DNA of 64,000 nt. Source: Marsupella aquatica. Its lineage: Eukaryota > Plantae > Marchantiophyta. The DNA is taken from NCBI GenBank assembly GCA_973895155.1, contig OZ316894.1:17514563-17578562 (forward strand), in the 5' to 3' direction. A program made the position numbers and the translations under genes. Under the pieces are notes generated by a model, which worked only from the letters and a program-made list of their open reading frames with translations, had not been told where the DNA came from and searched no databases. Shown in pieces: positions 25,229 to 37,819 of the stretch (position 1 is its first letter; every line of letters starts with the position of its first letter).

Positions 25229-25995
25229 ATCAGCAGTACGTCTCCATGTTGAGTAGCATAGATGATGATAGCACTGTTTTTGACCATGTATTCCAGCGAT
25301 TTCATAAAGTTACACATAGCTACCTTTTGGAGAAAAATAGTGAAGTAGTTATTTTGACTCTAGCCTTAGTGAACTTCAGAGTATTATGTAGCCTATGTGA
25401 CATTTGGAACTTTGGAAAATAAATATAAATAATCTTTAGCTTTCTGCAATGTGTTCTTGTTCGTAACAAATGATTGAGTTGAGAATGTGCATACTAGGAG
25501 CAAAGTGCATTGAGAAAGCATTGAGAAAGTTTGCTGGCACAAGAGACGGTTTGTGATTAAAGTTTCTGAAATTGAAGATGAAATCAACCAGCCATTTATT
25601 CTCTGTAATTTATGTCGGCTTCTTATTTTGTCTCATCATAGAGGACTCCTGAATTTTGTAACGAACGCACAAGTAGCAGAAATTGCAATTTGTAAGGTTG
25701 AAATGGTCTTAATTGACTTTGTCCACACAGGGAATGTGTTCATTGTTTATTGGAATCCATTGGTTGGTGGATTTATGTGCAAGAGATGTCAACAATGAAG
25801 AGTTTGGTCCTGCAAGAAGAGGTGGGTCCCTCGGGCACTAAGTCTCAGGATTCAGACTACAGTGCCTATTGCTACTATCCCTATTGCTCTAGTCTAGACT
25901 TTCAGCTGTCCACTAATGATGACGCTTAGAGACTTGATGATTCTACTTGTCGCTGATCCTCCTGCTTTTCAGGACTATTATCATCTTCTCAGGAC

Positions 25996-27156
25996 CTAGT
26001 AGTCGCCATCCCATCCTCCATGCCTCCCACCTTCCCTGTCTTCAGCAACGTGCATGGTGTAATCCCGCCGTCGCCGATGAAGGAAGTTAGTAAGTAAAGC
26101 TGCAGCATAAAACAAAACAACAAACTTCTTCTTCGTACAGTCGAATCTTGTGCTCAGTCTCCGCCACTTTCTCTTGATTCCTCCAATGCCCCATTCCACG
26201 TGAACACGGTAACCAGCGTGTAACTTGTTATATGCTCTGATTGCCGGTAAGTCTGCTGTTGGGGCAATCTCCTTCTTGCCAATGCGTCTCACTATGTACT
26301 TATCATTTCCAATATAACCAGGGTCTCCTAATAAAAACTCGATCTGTGGAGGATCATGAACAAAAAACTGCCTCCAGTTCTGATCGATCTCAGAGTACTT
26401 CAGTATTGACGAGTCATGCATGGACCCTGGATATCCCAAGTCCAAATGAGTAATCAATCCGTGATGATCAACAATGATGGTGTTGTTCATTGAGTGCATC
26501 TTCTTGCGTCCATTGAAGTAGATCTTCTGTCTACCTGAATCCTTTGGTCTCCTGATTTTCACCAAGGTGCCATCAATGATACCAACACAACCAGGGAACT
26601 CAGGAATCATTGTTGCCAGCTCTCTCCTCTCAAGAGGAGTTGGCCAATGAATTTCATTGCAAATTGCATCATTGAGGCAAGAAGCTATGAAAAGTGCATC
26701 ATCACACAATGAGGACTTTGACCAGTTCCACTCAAATGCATCAAGTGCAACAGAGTTTGCGTGCTTCATATAAACAATGAAGCTGAGTAATCGTTGGGCC
26801 AGATCCAACTTGTTTGGTCGTCCTCCAGGCTTCCGAAGAATGCCTGTATGTCGTGCATGATCTGTTATCGTTGGCACAACCAATCCACATAACTCCTCAA
26901 ACTCACTAATGCTGAAGTTTGTGAGGGTCTTAAAATAGTCAGGCATTGCTTGCATACGACCCAACCGGTCATGCACCCCAAGGTCAGGGTTCACCCAACT
27001 CCGACCCTCTAACAAAAACTCAGTGGGGTCAAAATACTCATGACTGCTAATAGCCGCAAGTAAGCATGCCATAAGCAATAAAAATTGACACTCCAACCAA
27101 TCCCACTCTTCTTCATCACTAGAAGAAGAAGAGTCTGAATCATAATCATGATCCAT
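25996..27156 (-). CDS. DDE transposase, DDE_Tnp_4 / Harbinger-IS5-like family, about 386 aa
   Basis: Catalytic motifs GIIDGT, FLLGDPGY and RVHVEWGIG...KRKWR, plus GSMHDS and an N-terminal HTH-like region. No stops. ATG at 27156 follows a minus-strand acceptor. Confidence 0.92.
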   Translation of the reverse strand: MDHDYDSDSSSSSDEEEWDWLECQFLLLMACLLAAISSHEYFDPTEFLLEGRSWVNPDLGVHDRLGRMQAMPDYFKTLTNFSISEFEELCGLVVPTITDHARHTGILRKPGGRPNKLDLAQRLLSFIVYMKHANSVALDAFEWNWSKSSLCDDALFIASCLNDAICNEIHWPTPLERRELATMIPEFPGCVGIIDGTLVKIRRPKDSGRQKIYFNGRKKMHSMNNTIIVDHHGLITHLDLGYPGSMHDSSILKYSEIDQNWRQFFVHDPPQIEFLLGDPGYIGNDKYIVRRIGKKEIAPTADLPAIRAYNKLHAGYRVHVEWGIGGIKRKWRRLSTRFDCTKKKFVVLFYAAALLTNFLHRRRRDYTMHVAEDREGGRHGGWDGDY

Positions 27157-30100
27157 AGTCACACTAACACCTGGCAAAACAAGTAAAGTGTTAGTCAAGG
27201 GTAACTCCAAACCTTGAGAACTACTTGCTTCAGAAAATTGCTTAGTGCTGGACTCAACAGTCCATTGATGGTGGTGCTACAGTTGCTGCGGACGACAACA
27301 GTGAGAAGGGAAAATCCTAAGCACTAAATTGATAGTGTGACTTGCACTTTAGACAACTACTGTACCTGTGCATCTACATTAGTCCATTCCCTTCCGCCAG
27401 ACATCCGAATAGCCTCAATAGTCCGAATCCATGTAAGCTGGCAAGTGTCTTTTGCTGCACAGACCAACAATGAACATTCATCATAAAGTATTAAAAAACT
27501 CGTATCTTATCTAAAAGGCAGTTTTGTTCATGTAAGAGTTTGTCTTTGAAAAATCCACGGAAACAGCAAAGCAAAAAAGATTCCAAGAAGTAACACCAAG
27601 CAATGATGATTGCATCCAGCTGAGCCCTTACAAAAGTGTTTTCAGTTTGTTCCCTTACGAGAATATCTTTCCGCCAGAGAAATCCTCTCAAATGCAACAA
27701 ATTAACAGACAGACTGATTCCTTTTGTCTGGACTAGGCTCCCCAAAGTGTTTTGTCTTTGCGTCAGTAAACAAAAGTTTGATTCCAATCCATTGGTGAAA
27801 GCGGGGGTGAAAGCGACCTTTCATATGGAAACCAGCAAACATTGAAACTATTATGAAGTCCTCACTCAGGTATAACAAGAATTTCTTTAGTAAACGAGAA
27901 TAAAGTAAGTTCCACTTGTCGGATTCATCCAGGAAAACCATTCAGCCACTGCGGTGTTCAATGCGATTGAGTTTCACGTACATAAACTTGCTACTAGCCA
28001 GCGGATCAAAATTTACCAATTGCTTGCTTTGTGCAAATCAGGATGAATCAATTTTGATGTACGTCTGCAGTCAGGTTCCTCTTGATCTCAATTCCTATTG
28101 CGCTTCCATCACACTGCCATTAAGCTTCTATTCGAATTAGCATTTCCTATTGCACTTCCATCACACTACCAAGCTTCTATTCAAATTAGCACTTACTAAA
28201 GTCCCGTTGCTGAATCATTCCCTGCTCCCGCAAGCGAGGGGAATTAAGCGATGCGGAAGGCAAGCGCAGGGCAATTCTCATTCATTCTTAATTAAGAGTC
28301 GAAGATTGTCCAAAGTCTTTGGAATCATCAACGCCATTCCAAGAAATCCCATCCACTTAGAGACTTACATGTGTCGCACTCTGGACTTGCCCATGGTTAC
28401 ATTGAGTCAAAGTTAATTAACCTGGGTCAAATTTAACTACTAGTTCGAACTCTTTTCAAAGATGTATGAAACGTGCTGGCAGTTTACGTATAGTAAGGGG
28501 CTGACAAAGTTTAGGAGAAAAAAAGCAAAAACGTGCACTGAACAATGGATTAAGTTTACGGATAGGTTTATTGTAAGTAAAGACTTTGGTCATTTTTGTC
28601 TTTGTATTTTTGAGCCCAGTAATTTTCCATACAGTATCCTTTCTTTAGAGTTTCCCATACCGTCTCCCTTCTTTCAAGTTTCCCATACATTCTTTTTTCT
28701 TTCAAGTTTCCCATACATTCTTTTTTCTTTTGAGGAGAACATTATGTGTTCTTTTGAGGAGAACATTATGTGAAGTATCACAAAAAAGTAAAATACAAAT
28801 ATTATAAAGTAAAGTAATATAATAATTTGTATCAAAATCACAAAACTTGTTTTTAACTTATTTTATGCCTTTGGCCAATTGGAGTACTTTTGGCTTGGAT
28901 TTTTTATTCAGAGATTCACTTCTTTTTTTTGTTATCTAAAAATCACTCAAGTTTTTACAGATATTAATGTCCTAATTACTGACATTATAAGAATAATGTC
29001 CTCAAAATTTAGGCTACCGCCCTTGTTTTTCAAGGCATTATATCTCATAATGCCCTTTTTTAAAAATTTTAAAAGGCGCAATGGCCGTCAATAACACGCA
29101 AGGGGACGAAAGCCACCCAAGAAAGAAACAACAAGCCCCACGCCCGGAAGCCGAGAAACCCGGCAGGCCGAAAACCCCCTAGTCCGGGCAGGGGGTACGG
29201 CACAGCCACCAAACACCCTCCTCACTAGTATCCTGATGGTACACTCTACTACTCTGAAAAGCGCACCTATGGTTCCAACTTGGGCTCATAATCTCATTAT
29301 ATCTCATAATGCCCTCTAACCAGGACATTATCCTATTCACAAAAAACACTAGCAAGTGGTGAATCCATATCAGGGCCTCTTTAGCCTGAAACCCCTCAAA
29401 AATATTGGAGTGGTGCATTGCAGAAATGTATAACATTATCTTTTCAGTGATGGATCTCAGAGACCTTTTGGTGGAACGAGCCAAAACTTTGTGTGCCTCT
29501 TTCTGCACGAGATTAGTAGAATTCACAACGTATTTCGAATGTAGTAGGTCATATTGTTTATCGTTGATCTACATAATGTGAATGTCAAGCTGCCAGCAAG
29601 CCCTAAGCTCCGCCATGCAGTTGTCCTTTGTTGTTCTTCGATGCATTTAATTTTGCTCGCTCAAAAACAGAAAAGCCGGCTCTAGGCCACCTACAACCTA
29701 AACTATAAATTGAATGTAACGGTTTACACGGTCCTGCTCTTCACCATCGATTGAAAATTTCCAGACAGGAATCCTGCACGATGAACTGGCAGAAAGGTTT
29801 TGAATAAACCTCTAAGAAACGACTAGAGAGTTCCAAAACCCTTAGACTTCGCTCTCTCAGCAACATGGCTGTCTAGCTCGAGAATCTGAAACCAATCAGC
29901 GCATTCGCCCGAATCAGAAAACTCAAGATATTCATGCTTTCTCGACGATATTGACTTGCCCGAACTTTCACAGGCTCTTCTTCCAGCTGAAACTTTCATG
30001 GGCATCAACAACTTTTGATATTGCGGGTTCCCGTGACAAAACGCTGCAGACTCTACCGTAAGCCATGGACTGATCAAATTGCAGTGGTGGAAAACGCCCT

Positions 30101-30705
30101 GTCCTTCCACATCCACTGAAAAGTCATTCATCTGACTCAAAATTTTCATTCAGCAGAAACAATGCTGCCGGACGGCCACACAGGTCAATCCACTCCCTCG
30201 AATCCCGAACAACTCTACCGCTATAGAATGTAAGAAATTCTCACGTGGCAGGGGGAGCGAAGGCCACCTCATACCTTCCCAGCTACGGGATTTCCGCTCA
30301 CGATGTACGGTGCGATCCCGAGTTACTTCGACCCTAAGTAAACATTTTCTTGACTTTTTTCTTTGTATATTTGAGTGCATTAATTTGCCTTAATGCACCC
30401 TTTTTTTTTTAGGAAGTGATTATTCAAAATACTATAAATATAGTAAAAGGAAAATTAAAATAATTTTACCATAAAAAAATTAAATTAAATTTAGTTAAGA
30501 TATCAAAATGATAATCAAATTTTATATGGTGATAGTATCAAAATATCTATGAATAGAATCTAATATAATTAAAAAATGCATAGTTTTGGCCAATTCTATA
30601 GCAACCACTTCTTGGATGACAGTTTTTTATTTTAGTGATTCACTTTTTCTTGTTTGTTATTGAAAAGTCACTCATGTTTTTACTTACATTAATGTCTTAG
30701 TTACG

Positions 30706-30995
30706 GGCATTATATCCCAAAATGCCCTCTAACCAGGACATTCTCCTATTCATAACTTTTTGGGCATTATATCCCACAATGCCCTCTAACCAGGACATTA
30801 TCCTATGCATGTCTTAGTTATGGGCATTATATCTTACAATGCCCTCTAACCAGGACATTATCATATTCATAACTTTTTGGGCATTATATCACACAATGCC
30901 CTCTAACCAGGACATTATCCTATTCATAACTTTTTGGGCATTATATCACACAATGCCCTCTAACCAGGACATTATATATCCTATTTATAACCTTT
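30706..30995. repeat. Minisatellite, about five copies of a 57-60 bp unit
   Basis: Unit gggcattatatc-cacaatgccctctaaccaggacattatcctattcataactttt; related single units at about 29035 and about 29295. Confidence 0.9.
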
Positions 30996-31259
30996 TTTTC
31001 TAGTAGTTGACAAGTCCAAATCCAGATTTTCAAAGCATCTCCACCACTTCAGGGGCACAGGTTGGTCCAATTTGCCATACCCAAACCAATTGAATATTTA
31101 TGTCATTGACTGTCCGTTGGATTAAAACCAGGCCGTCTCCAGGCTAATTAATGTGGATTATCATTACTTAGCACACACTTTGTGACTTAGCTGCCTGTTG
31201 CCCACCTATACCTGACAAAAATATAGGATAAGTAGTTGCAAAGCAATCCTGAAAAAGTG

Positions 31260-31341
31260 TCCCATGCTAGTGCAGTGGTAGGCTGTTCTAGTGGGGTCAA
31301 GTGGGGTTGGCCAGATTCTGGATTCAAATTCTGCTGGTGGG
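31260..31341 (+). pseudogene. Degenerate tRNA-like sequence (tRNA pseudogene or tRNA-derived SINE head)
   Basis: A-box-like tagtgcagtgg (31269), B-box-like gattcaaattc (31321) and complementary ends tccca/tggga. No clean anticodon arm. Confidence 0.35.
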
Positions 31342-32996
31342 AGTCTTTTCACACAGACCCCACCCAAAAGTGGAGTTCATTGAGAGCTAGTTAGAGTTAG
31401 GAAAATTTTGGGGGCAGAGGAAATGACCCTGGCAGCAATGTACAAAGGCTCATAAAGCTTGAAATTGCTTCATGTGCTGACTGTTGTCTGGTTGCTGGGT
31501 TTTGATGTGCAATTACCAAGACACCAATTTATGTGTCTTTCTTCTCTGATGAAAATGAATCATCTGCCCACTTTGTTCCCCAGTTCCTTCATCATTTTGC
31601 GCCAGGCCGGGATTCTGTGTACAGGTGTCCTCAAATTGAGTGCCCCTGCAAGGTTTTACAATTGCGGGTCTGGGATGGAGCCTCCCTGGAGGTGCAACAA
31701 AATGGATATGGGGCATGGATTATTGTCCAGGTTCTGATAGCAATACAGTGAATGGGTCAGGCATGAATTTTTGCATTCATTAGGGATTCTGTCACCAGTA
31801 GGGGAGTTAAGTGAGACTTTCTGTTGGAGATCCTCTAGGACTAGTTAAACCACAGTTGTCATTATATAAGGGCCCCAGCCAGTGTTCATTTGCCCATGAA
31901 TAGTAGGCCTGCCCTCCTGCACTCCCATCACTTCTCACCATAGGACCCATACTCTTAAAACTTTTCTGTGGTTCTTAAAACTATGAACTGTTTTTAGTTG
32001 CTGTTTTCTCTGGAAGGTAGATCTACACAGTGAACAGCAGATTGCCCCCTATGACAAACTAGTGAGATACCACTGATACAAGAATATAGTAGGAAATGCT
32101 ATTTTGTCTACATGGCAATTGTACTATCTGTAAAATGGCTACTACAGGTTGTTCAGAGTACTCTAATGTAAGGAACTTATGGTTCAAAACCATGGTGAAC
32201 CAATGACTTGACATTGATATTGAAAAGTTCCCAAATCTATGAAATGTTCTTTTGTGTCCAGGACTACCTGTTCCTTGAAAGTAAATAGAGGTGACAACAA
32301 CAGAAGACATTGAAAGAAAAATCATTACTATTTCTCATTCATCTTTGCACCCTCACTTTCAGCTATTGGTTTCCCAGAGTCACTGTCTACCCATATTGAT
32401 CCATGTTTTTTGTCTGCACTCTCACTTTCAACTATGTCCTAAGAATCACAGTCCAGAGCCATCAATCTAGAAGATAGGATGGCTCTAGAAAATAGGCCCC
32501 GGCAATTGCTTTTGATTGCCATCATATAGATATATAGATGTGAAATGAGTGATGCCTATACAATATTTGATATGAGTACTACCGATCTTTTATGTGAATT
32601 TACTGTTGGTTTCCCAGAGTGCTTTATATGAGAGCTGTATGTGACAGAAATGAGTATTAAATGCTACACGGAGTACTTTACATGGGAAATGTAACTGAAA
32701 TGAAATGAGTAAGACATATTCCCGACGTACTTTCATATGGAAAATGTATGGCAAACGAGCACTATACCCAGAGAAATTCATATGTGACTCCGGAGTACTT
32801 TATATTGGAATATACAAGGAGAATTGGCCAAATTTTTTACCTTTTTCACAGTCCTCTCTTCTATAGTGACTTTTTCTCCACAATTTCAGGGAAAAATGCT
32901 AAAAAAAGGTGAAATGTATGGAATCAGGTTTTTGTCATGGGCTAGTGGCTCTTGATAAAAAGGTAGACCCATTATAAAAGAAAAGTAGACCCATTA

Positions 32997-33290
32997 TAAA
33001 ATACTCCGTCTGCATCGTTACTGTAAAAAGGCAGACGGAGTATTTTAGAAAGGAACTTGTGCTCAAAAAGAAGGCAGACTGAGTGTTTTAGAACGAACTT
33101 GCTACTAAAAAATGAAAGACGCAGTATTATATGCAGATATAAGTGTGCTTTAAAAAAAGAGACACAGTGAGTAGTTTATAAGGGAAGTTGTTATTAAGAA
33201 AACGGGCAGACGGAGTATTTTATGAAGGTACTTGTGCTTAAACAAAAAGGTAGGCTGACTAGTTTGTAAGGGAACTTGTGGAATTAGCAC
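32997..33290. repeat. Degenerate tandem array of about 50 bp, starting with a 17-bp inverted pair
   Basis: Unit aaaaggcagacggagtatttta...ggaacttgtgct occurs about 5 times, with further units at about 34615 and about 34790. taaaatactccgtctgc (32997-33013) is the perfect reverse complement of 33031-33047. Confidence 0.75.
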
Positions 33291-33979
33291 AACCCGGCAA
33301 TCAAATTATTGCCAGGCTGGACTGCCACATCCAAAGCTATTACGAGCCCTCCAAACCCCATCACCTGATGGGTTATTTCCCCAACTTGACATAGTACTTA
33401 TTTTGGTGTCTTTGAGGAGACAATGATCCAGAAGGGTTTAGGCCCCTGCGCAATTAGCTGATCTCTCAGCTTATTATAAAAAAAGGTACAGACAGGAGTG
33501 TTTACAGACCCCCATTAGGGGTCCTTTGCAAAATTCCTGGCTCCATAGTGCGCCACATCATCATGACACGCTGCAAACCCCTTGTTTTTGGATAAAATCA
33601 ACTTATGCATACGTGTTTGTGGCAAGTTTTTTGTAAAAATTGGGACGCCATGCCATAAAAAAGAATGTAAAAAAAACTGACATGCAAATCAAAAGACAAA
33701 AAGATTGAGGTAAAATTGTTCCCAGTAATGGTTTTATTTACATTTTGATTTTGATTTTATTCACACCATAAAATTTTCCTGGTATGAATTTTTGATTTGA
33801 CATTGCTGAGTCAAATCACAATGAAAACTCACGTATAATATGGCGTTGGAAAGATCTTGGAGAGACAGTCCTGATGAGCTCAGCATTGTCACCATTCGAT
33901 AAGAATTGAGTAAGTAATTTGAAAATTAGATTTTACCCATGATTTCATAATCTCTAACGTGAATATAAATTTTTTGTTG

Positions 33980-34450
33980 TACAACCCCTGAAATGTTGAC
34001 CCCTTCCATGAGAATGAATTTAAAATTGACAGATTTTATCCAGTACTAAGGAGATTATGAATCTTAGAATTTCTTCAGCTTTTTAATGAACTTAACATTG
34101 ATAAATTTGTATCTGAGTTCTGAGGAGATTATAAGTTTCCAATGTTCTATAGCTTTCTAATGAGTGTAACATTGAGAGATTTTCTGAAGTACTAAAGTGG
34201 TCATGAGTTTCTAAATTTCTCTAGCTTTCGATCGATTTTGAATAACACAATTGGAGATTTGTTTCCATGAAATTTTTTGTCGTAAATGATTATGCAAAGT
34301 TAGTGATTTGATGACATCGATGACTTCTTTCTCTTTGTCTATCTGCGTGTAGGAATTGAAAAAGTGATTACTTTCTATGCAACTTGAGTGCATCCAGCAT
34401 CCCTTCGGTACCGTGAAGGAAATAGTCGAGCACCGTTTTGCGGAAGTGGA
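33980..34450 (-). pseudogene. Possible degenerate leucine-rich-repeat gene fragment
   Basis: Minus-strand translation across frames gives periodic ENLSMLHSLES, NLSMLSSLK and NLSILNS, plus IKSLTLHN; many stops and frameshifts. Confidence 0.3.
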
Positions 34451-35093
34451 CAATTAAGCTACCGGCCCACACATTAAAGAGTAGTTCACATTGTAGCTGG
34501 TTTTGCGATTGACGAGGCGATTGATGTTACTTATGGGTGCCTTAATATATGTCACTATTGGGGTGGAGAGAGTCTACTGAGTGTTCTTCCTCATTTCCTT
34601 TGAAGCCAAAACAGAAAAAGGCTGACTGAGTATTTTATAAGGGAACTTGTGCTTAGGGAAAAAAAGATGGAATATTAATCCACAAATTAATGCCCCTATA
34701 GAGAGCTATGGGTTACCCGATAAAGTCTGCAAGTTCAGGAATGTGCCAAGGTGGTGAGACATATTTATATGGGCAGGTGTGGTTTAAGTATAGGGGAACT
34801 TGTGCTGAGCAGAAGGGAAAAAAGAGGCAGACGAAGAGCTATTGGTGCACATAGCTAGGTCTTGCCCACACTTGTCAAAAATGTGCCTGAATATCAGGGA
34901 AAAAAGGCGAGAAGACTGGTCAAATTTGAGATGCTTTTTGCTTCTAAAGTTGTCATGGTCTTGCAATGGTGTTGCAATGACCCGAATGCGAAGTTTTTCA
35001 CTTTGCAAGTTGCGAGGGGTTTGCGATCAGCGTCTGTTTGCAACCGCCAGAATTCTAGAAACCGGACGCTTGTTAGTTGTGATGGGTTTGGCT

Positions 35094-36734
35094 TGTTAGG
35101 TATTTACTCAAGGTCTAGGGTTACGACATGTAACTGTAGTTAGGCTAACCATAGTCGAAGACATGGTTAGGTTAACTAGGATGCACACTATATGCCAAAC
35201 GGTGTTTGCTTGGATAAGTGGAACTTAGGCTCATTGTTATGGAGCCACTTGAGAGATGAGGAGAGCTTACACTGTGGAGACTTGGCATCCCTGGGCCCTT
35301 AGCGTTACTAATGCAGGGAGGACGTGTGAACAACACAAGGGTATTTTTAATGTAATGCAAACTAATTTTTATAATATTTTTTAAAGTAGGCAACATCCAT
35401 GTATATACATTCATCACAATATTAGTAATAAGGCTCTTATCAAATACATGTCACATTAATCTTATGCAAGGGTACCTAAAATGCCAAGGACATGTGTCAC
35501 TATATGGTTGGCACACATGTCATCACTTCATTGGCACACATGTCCATATAGTAAATCAGACATTTAATTATTTATCCTCTTAAGGCAAGTTTGGTTTCAT
35601 GGGTTTGCATGGTAGACTTGTTTACCCGCATGTGTTAAGTTGGGAGTTAAGTAAATGTTGGGCCAGGATTTTGGGACCCAACTCGTTTGGGGTTCTGGGA
35701 TTGATGGGGACCCATGAATCAATCCCACATAGACAAACAAGATTACTTTTGAATTCCCTTGAATAAAATGGCCAGGTATGAGGCCAGGTGTGTTTGTGTG
35801 TGGGGTGGTGTACTCCCTTGATCATTGGGTTTGGGGGGTACCCGGTGCTCACAGTTGTTTGATTGCAGAGATGACAGGAAAATTACCCACCATGTCTAAG
35901 TAACAATTTCAGCCAAAGGAGATTTGATGGTATTACTCTCCACAATTTTCAGTAGTCATTTTTTGTATTATTAGTACTTTGTGTCTAGAATATGTATGAT
36001 TAATGTGTGGTTTGATGTGTCAGGTTGCATGAAAGAAGTTGCCAAAAACTCTACTTATCATTTGGTGTTAATGGTTGATGTCATACCATTCTTAGTCAAG
36101 ATAGAATAATTTAGCAATTGGAGTTTACATAAGTAGTATATATGCAATTATTCCTCCAAGGATATAGCATAGCATAATAATGCATTTGTACTAGTTCAGT
36201 TTATCTCTATGAGGTCTACAAGTTGCTTGAGTTATAGTTATATACTCTAGGAAGAACTATAAATCTTTAGTACTAATTTTGTTATGATCTATATAAAATA
36301 TGTACCGTGAACATCAGCGTAACATAATATTCCCCTATGCAAAATAGAATCTTTTATGTTTCAGTATGATATTTACAATTTTTAAAAATTCAAGGGTTTT
36401 TTTAATTCCTTGAAAAACTCTGTTATAATTTACAAAAGGATAAATTTTTATAGGAAAAAATCATGTTTTTACATTAACAAGAGATTTTTTTTGTGAACAA
36501 AAATATTAAGAAGGGGTACACAGGGGGCGTCTGTTCTCAGGGGGGTTCACTTAATATAGTAAGAGTGAGGGCCCAGGGCTTGGCATAGCCGATGGGCTTA
36601 GAGTTTAGTAAAGCTCTCTTGCGTGTTCCCGTGGATGTAGCCTCAAGGAGGTGAACCACGTATCTCTTGTGTCGACTACTTGTGCGTTGGATGTGTCATG
36701 TGCTTATTGTTGCGAGTGTCATCTATGCTCAACA
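35094..36734 (+). mobile_element. Copia solo LTR (TG...CA) with 5-bp TSD TGGCT, split by a DNA transposon
   Basis: TGTTAG at 35094 and CTCAACA at 36734, with tggct on both sides. The two halves (35094-35288 and 36579-36734) align to the reverse complement of the LTR at 37472-37819. Confidence 0.88.
35289..36578. mobile_element. Non-autonomous TIR DNA element, 1290 bp, with 8-bp TSD CTTGGCAT (hAT-like by TSD length)
   Basis: TIR ccctgggccct(n5)ttacta at both ends; cttggcat at 35281-88 and 36579-86; no coding capacity recognised. Confidence 0.88.
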
Positions 36735-37471
36735 TGGCTTTGCAAAATGGGCCAATACTGTTGTAGCGACTGCATGTCTTGTGGGGACCCAAGAGCAAAG
36801 GCTAGAAACTTTCCGGCCCTTAAAGCTTGCAGGTCCCAACCTCGGGGCCTCACTCTAAATGGGGTCTCATATCATGCTCAATATTTTAGCTAATAAACAC
36901 TTTAAAAAATAAGAACAAAAAGTGTTTTAAAACTATTTTTCTATTTCCAAAATATATTTCTGAAACACTATGTTTTCTTATAATTCTCAGCATTGGATTT
37001 TAATAAACCTATAGTAATGTTCTTCTACAGAAAAGAAAAATATTTTTCTCAACCCAATAAACAAACACTATAGTTACTTTTGCGTAAGGGTAGAAAGTAA
37101 ATAAGTGAGTAGCGCGGGCCCAATCTTTGCTTTGCAAATAAACAAACCCTGCATAGTGCTGCCACTTCCCTACATAATGCTGCCACTTCCCTGCATAGTG
37201 CACTCCATAATCCCTTGTAGTTAACTACAAAGATGAGTGCAACAAAGATGAGTGTCGCACTGTGTATGGGACTGTGATATGACACCTAGCAAGAAAAAAG
37301 ATTTTGTTTTTTTCAAAGGCAATTAAAGGGCAGCAATCTGAAGGACGGATGACATGCGAGTTGGCACTAAGTGTTCTTTCTTGTTTTTTTTTTTGCCTTG
37401 AAAATCAAAAGCTGGCCCATCCAGTAGAGGATAGACATCCTGCTTTGGAGCATGCATTTCTATGTAGGGTA

Positions 37472-37819
37472 TGTTGAGCATAAACGACATTCACAATGGC
37501 AAGCCCATGAACTATCCAACGCACAATAGTCGACACAAAGAGATATGTGGTTCACCTCCACTTGAGACTATGTCCACGTGAACACACAAGAGTTTTACTG
37601 CACTCTAGGCCAACTGGCCATACCAAGCAGCCATCCACAACACAAGCTCTCCCTATCTCTCAACTAGCTCCGTAACAATGCGCCTAAGTTCCACCAGGGT
37701 CTAGCATCAGCCCTGGCTATATGCAAAACAACACTACCGCTAACATTAGCTAAGTCCTAACCCGAGTTAGCCTAACTGTAGCTAGCTCATGAGTCATAAG
37801 ACTAGAGCAATATCTAACA
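37472..37819 (-). repeat. 3' LTR of the copia element (348 bp)
   Basis: Reads TGTTAG...CTCAACA on the minus strand, immediately preceded by the polypurine tract aagggggagtt (37820-37830). Confidence 0.9.

Larger units (their letters stand above)
23234..28569. mobile_element. Apparently autonomous PIF/Harbinger-superfamily DNA transposon with 17-bp perfect TIRs and 3-bp TSD ATT
   Basis: TIR aaacctatccgtaaact at 23234-23250 and its reverse complement at 28553-28569. ATT flanks both ends (23231-33, 28570-72). The paralogous empty site tat-ATT-gta is at about 52989-52997. Two convergent ORFs lie inside. Confidence 0.93.
34900..36768 (-). mobile_element. Terminal remnant of a CACTA element, interrupted by a solo LTR
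   Basis: Ends in tgttgtagcg (36759-36768), the reverse complement of CACTACAACA with one mismatch. Its ttgcaa/ttgcga subterminal motifs resemble the CACTA end at 62971. Confidence 0.55.

Noticed and set aside
29823-30380. Minus-strand ORFs of 108 and 76 aa as a gene
   Set aside because: No recognisable motif or supportable exon chain; a gene fragment cannot be excluded.
30706-30995. CRISPR-like array
   Set aside because: The units are contiguous near-identical repeats without unique spacers, there are no cas genes, and the context is eukaryotic. It is a minisatellite.
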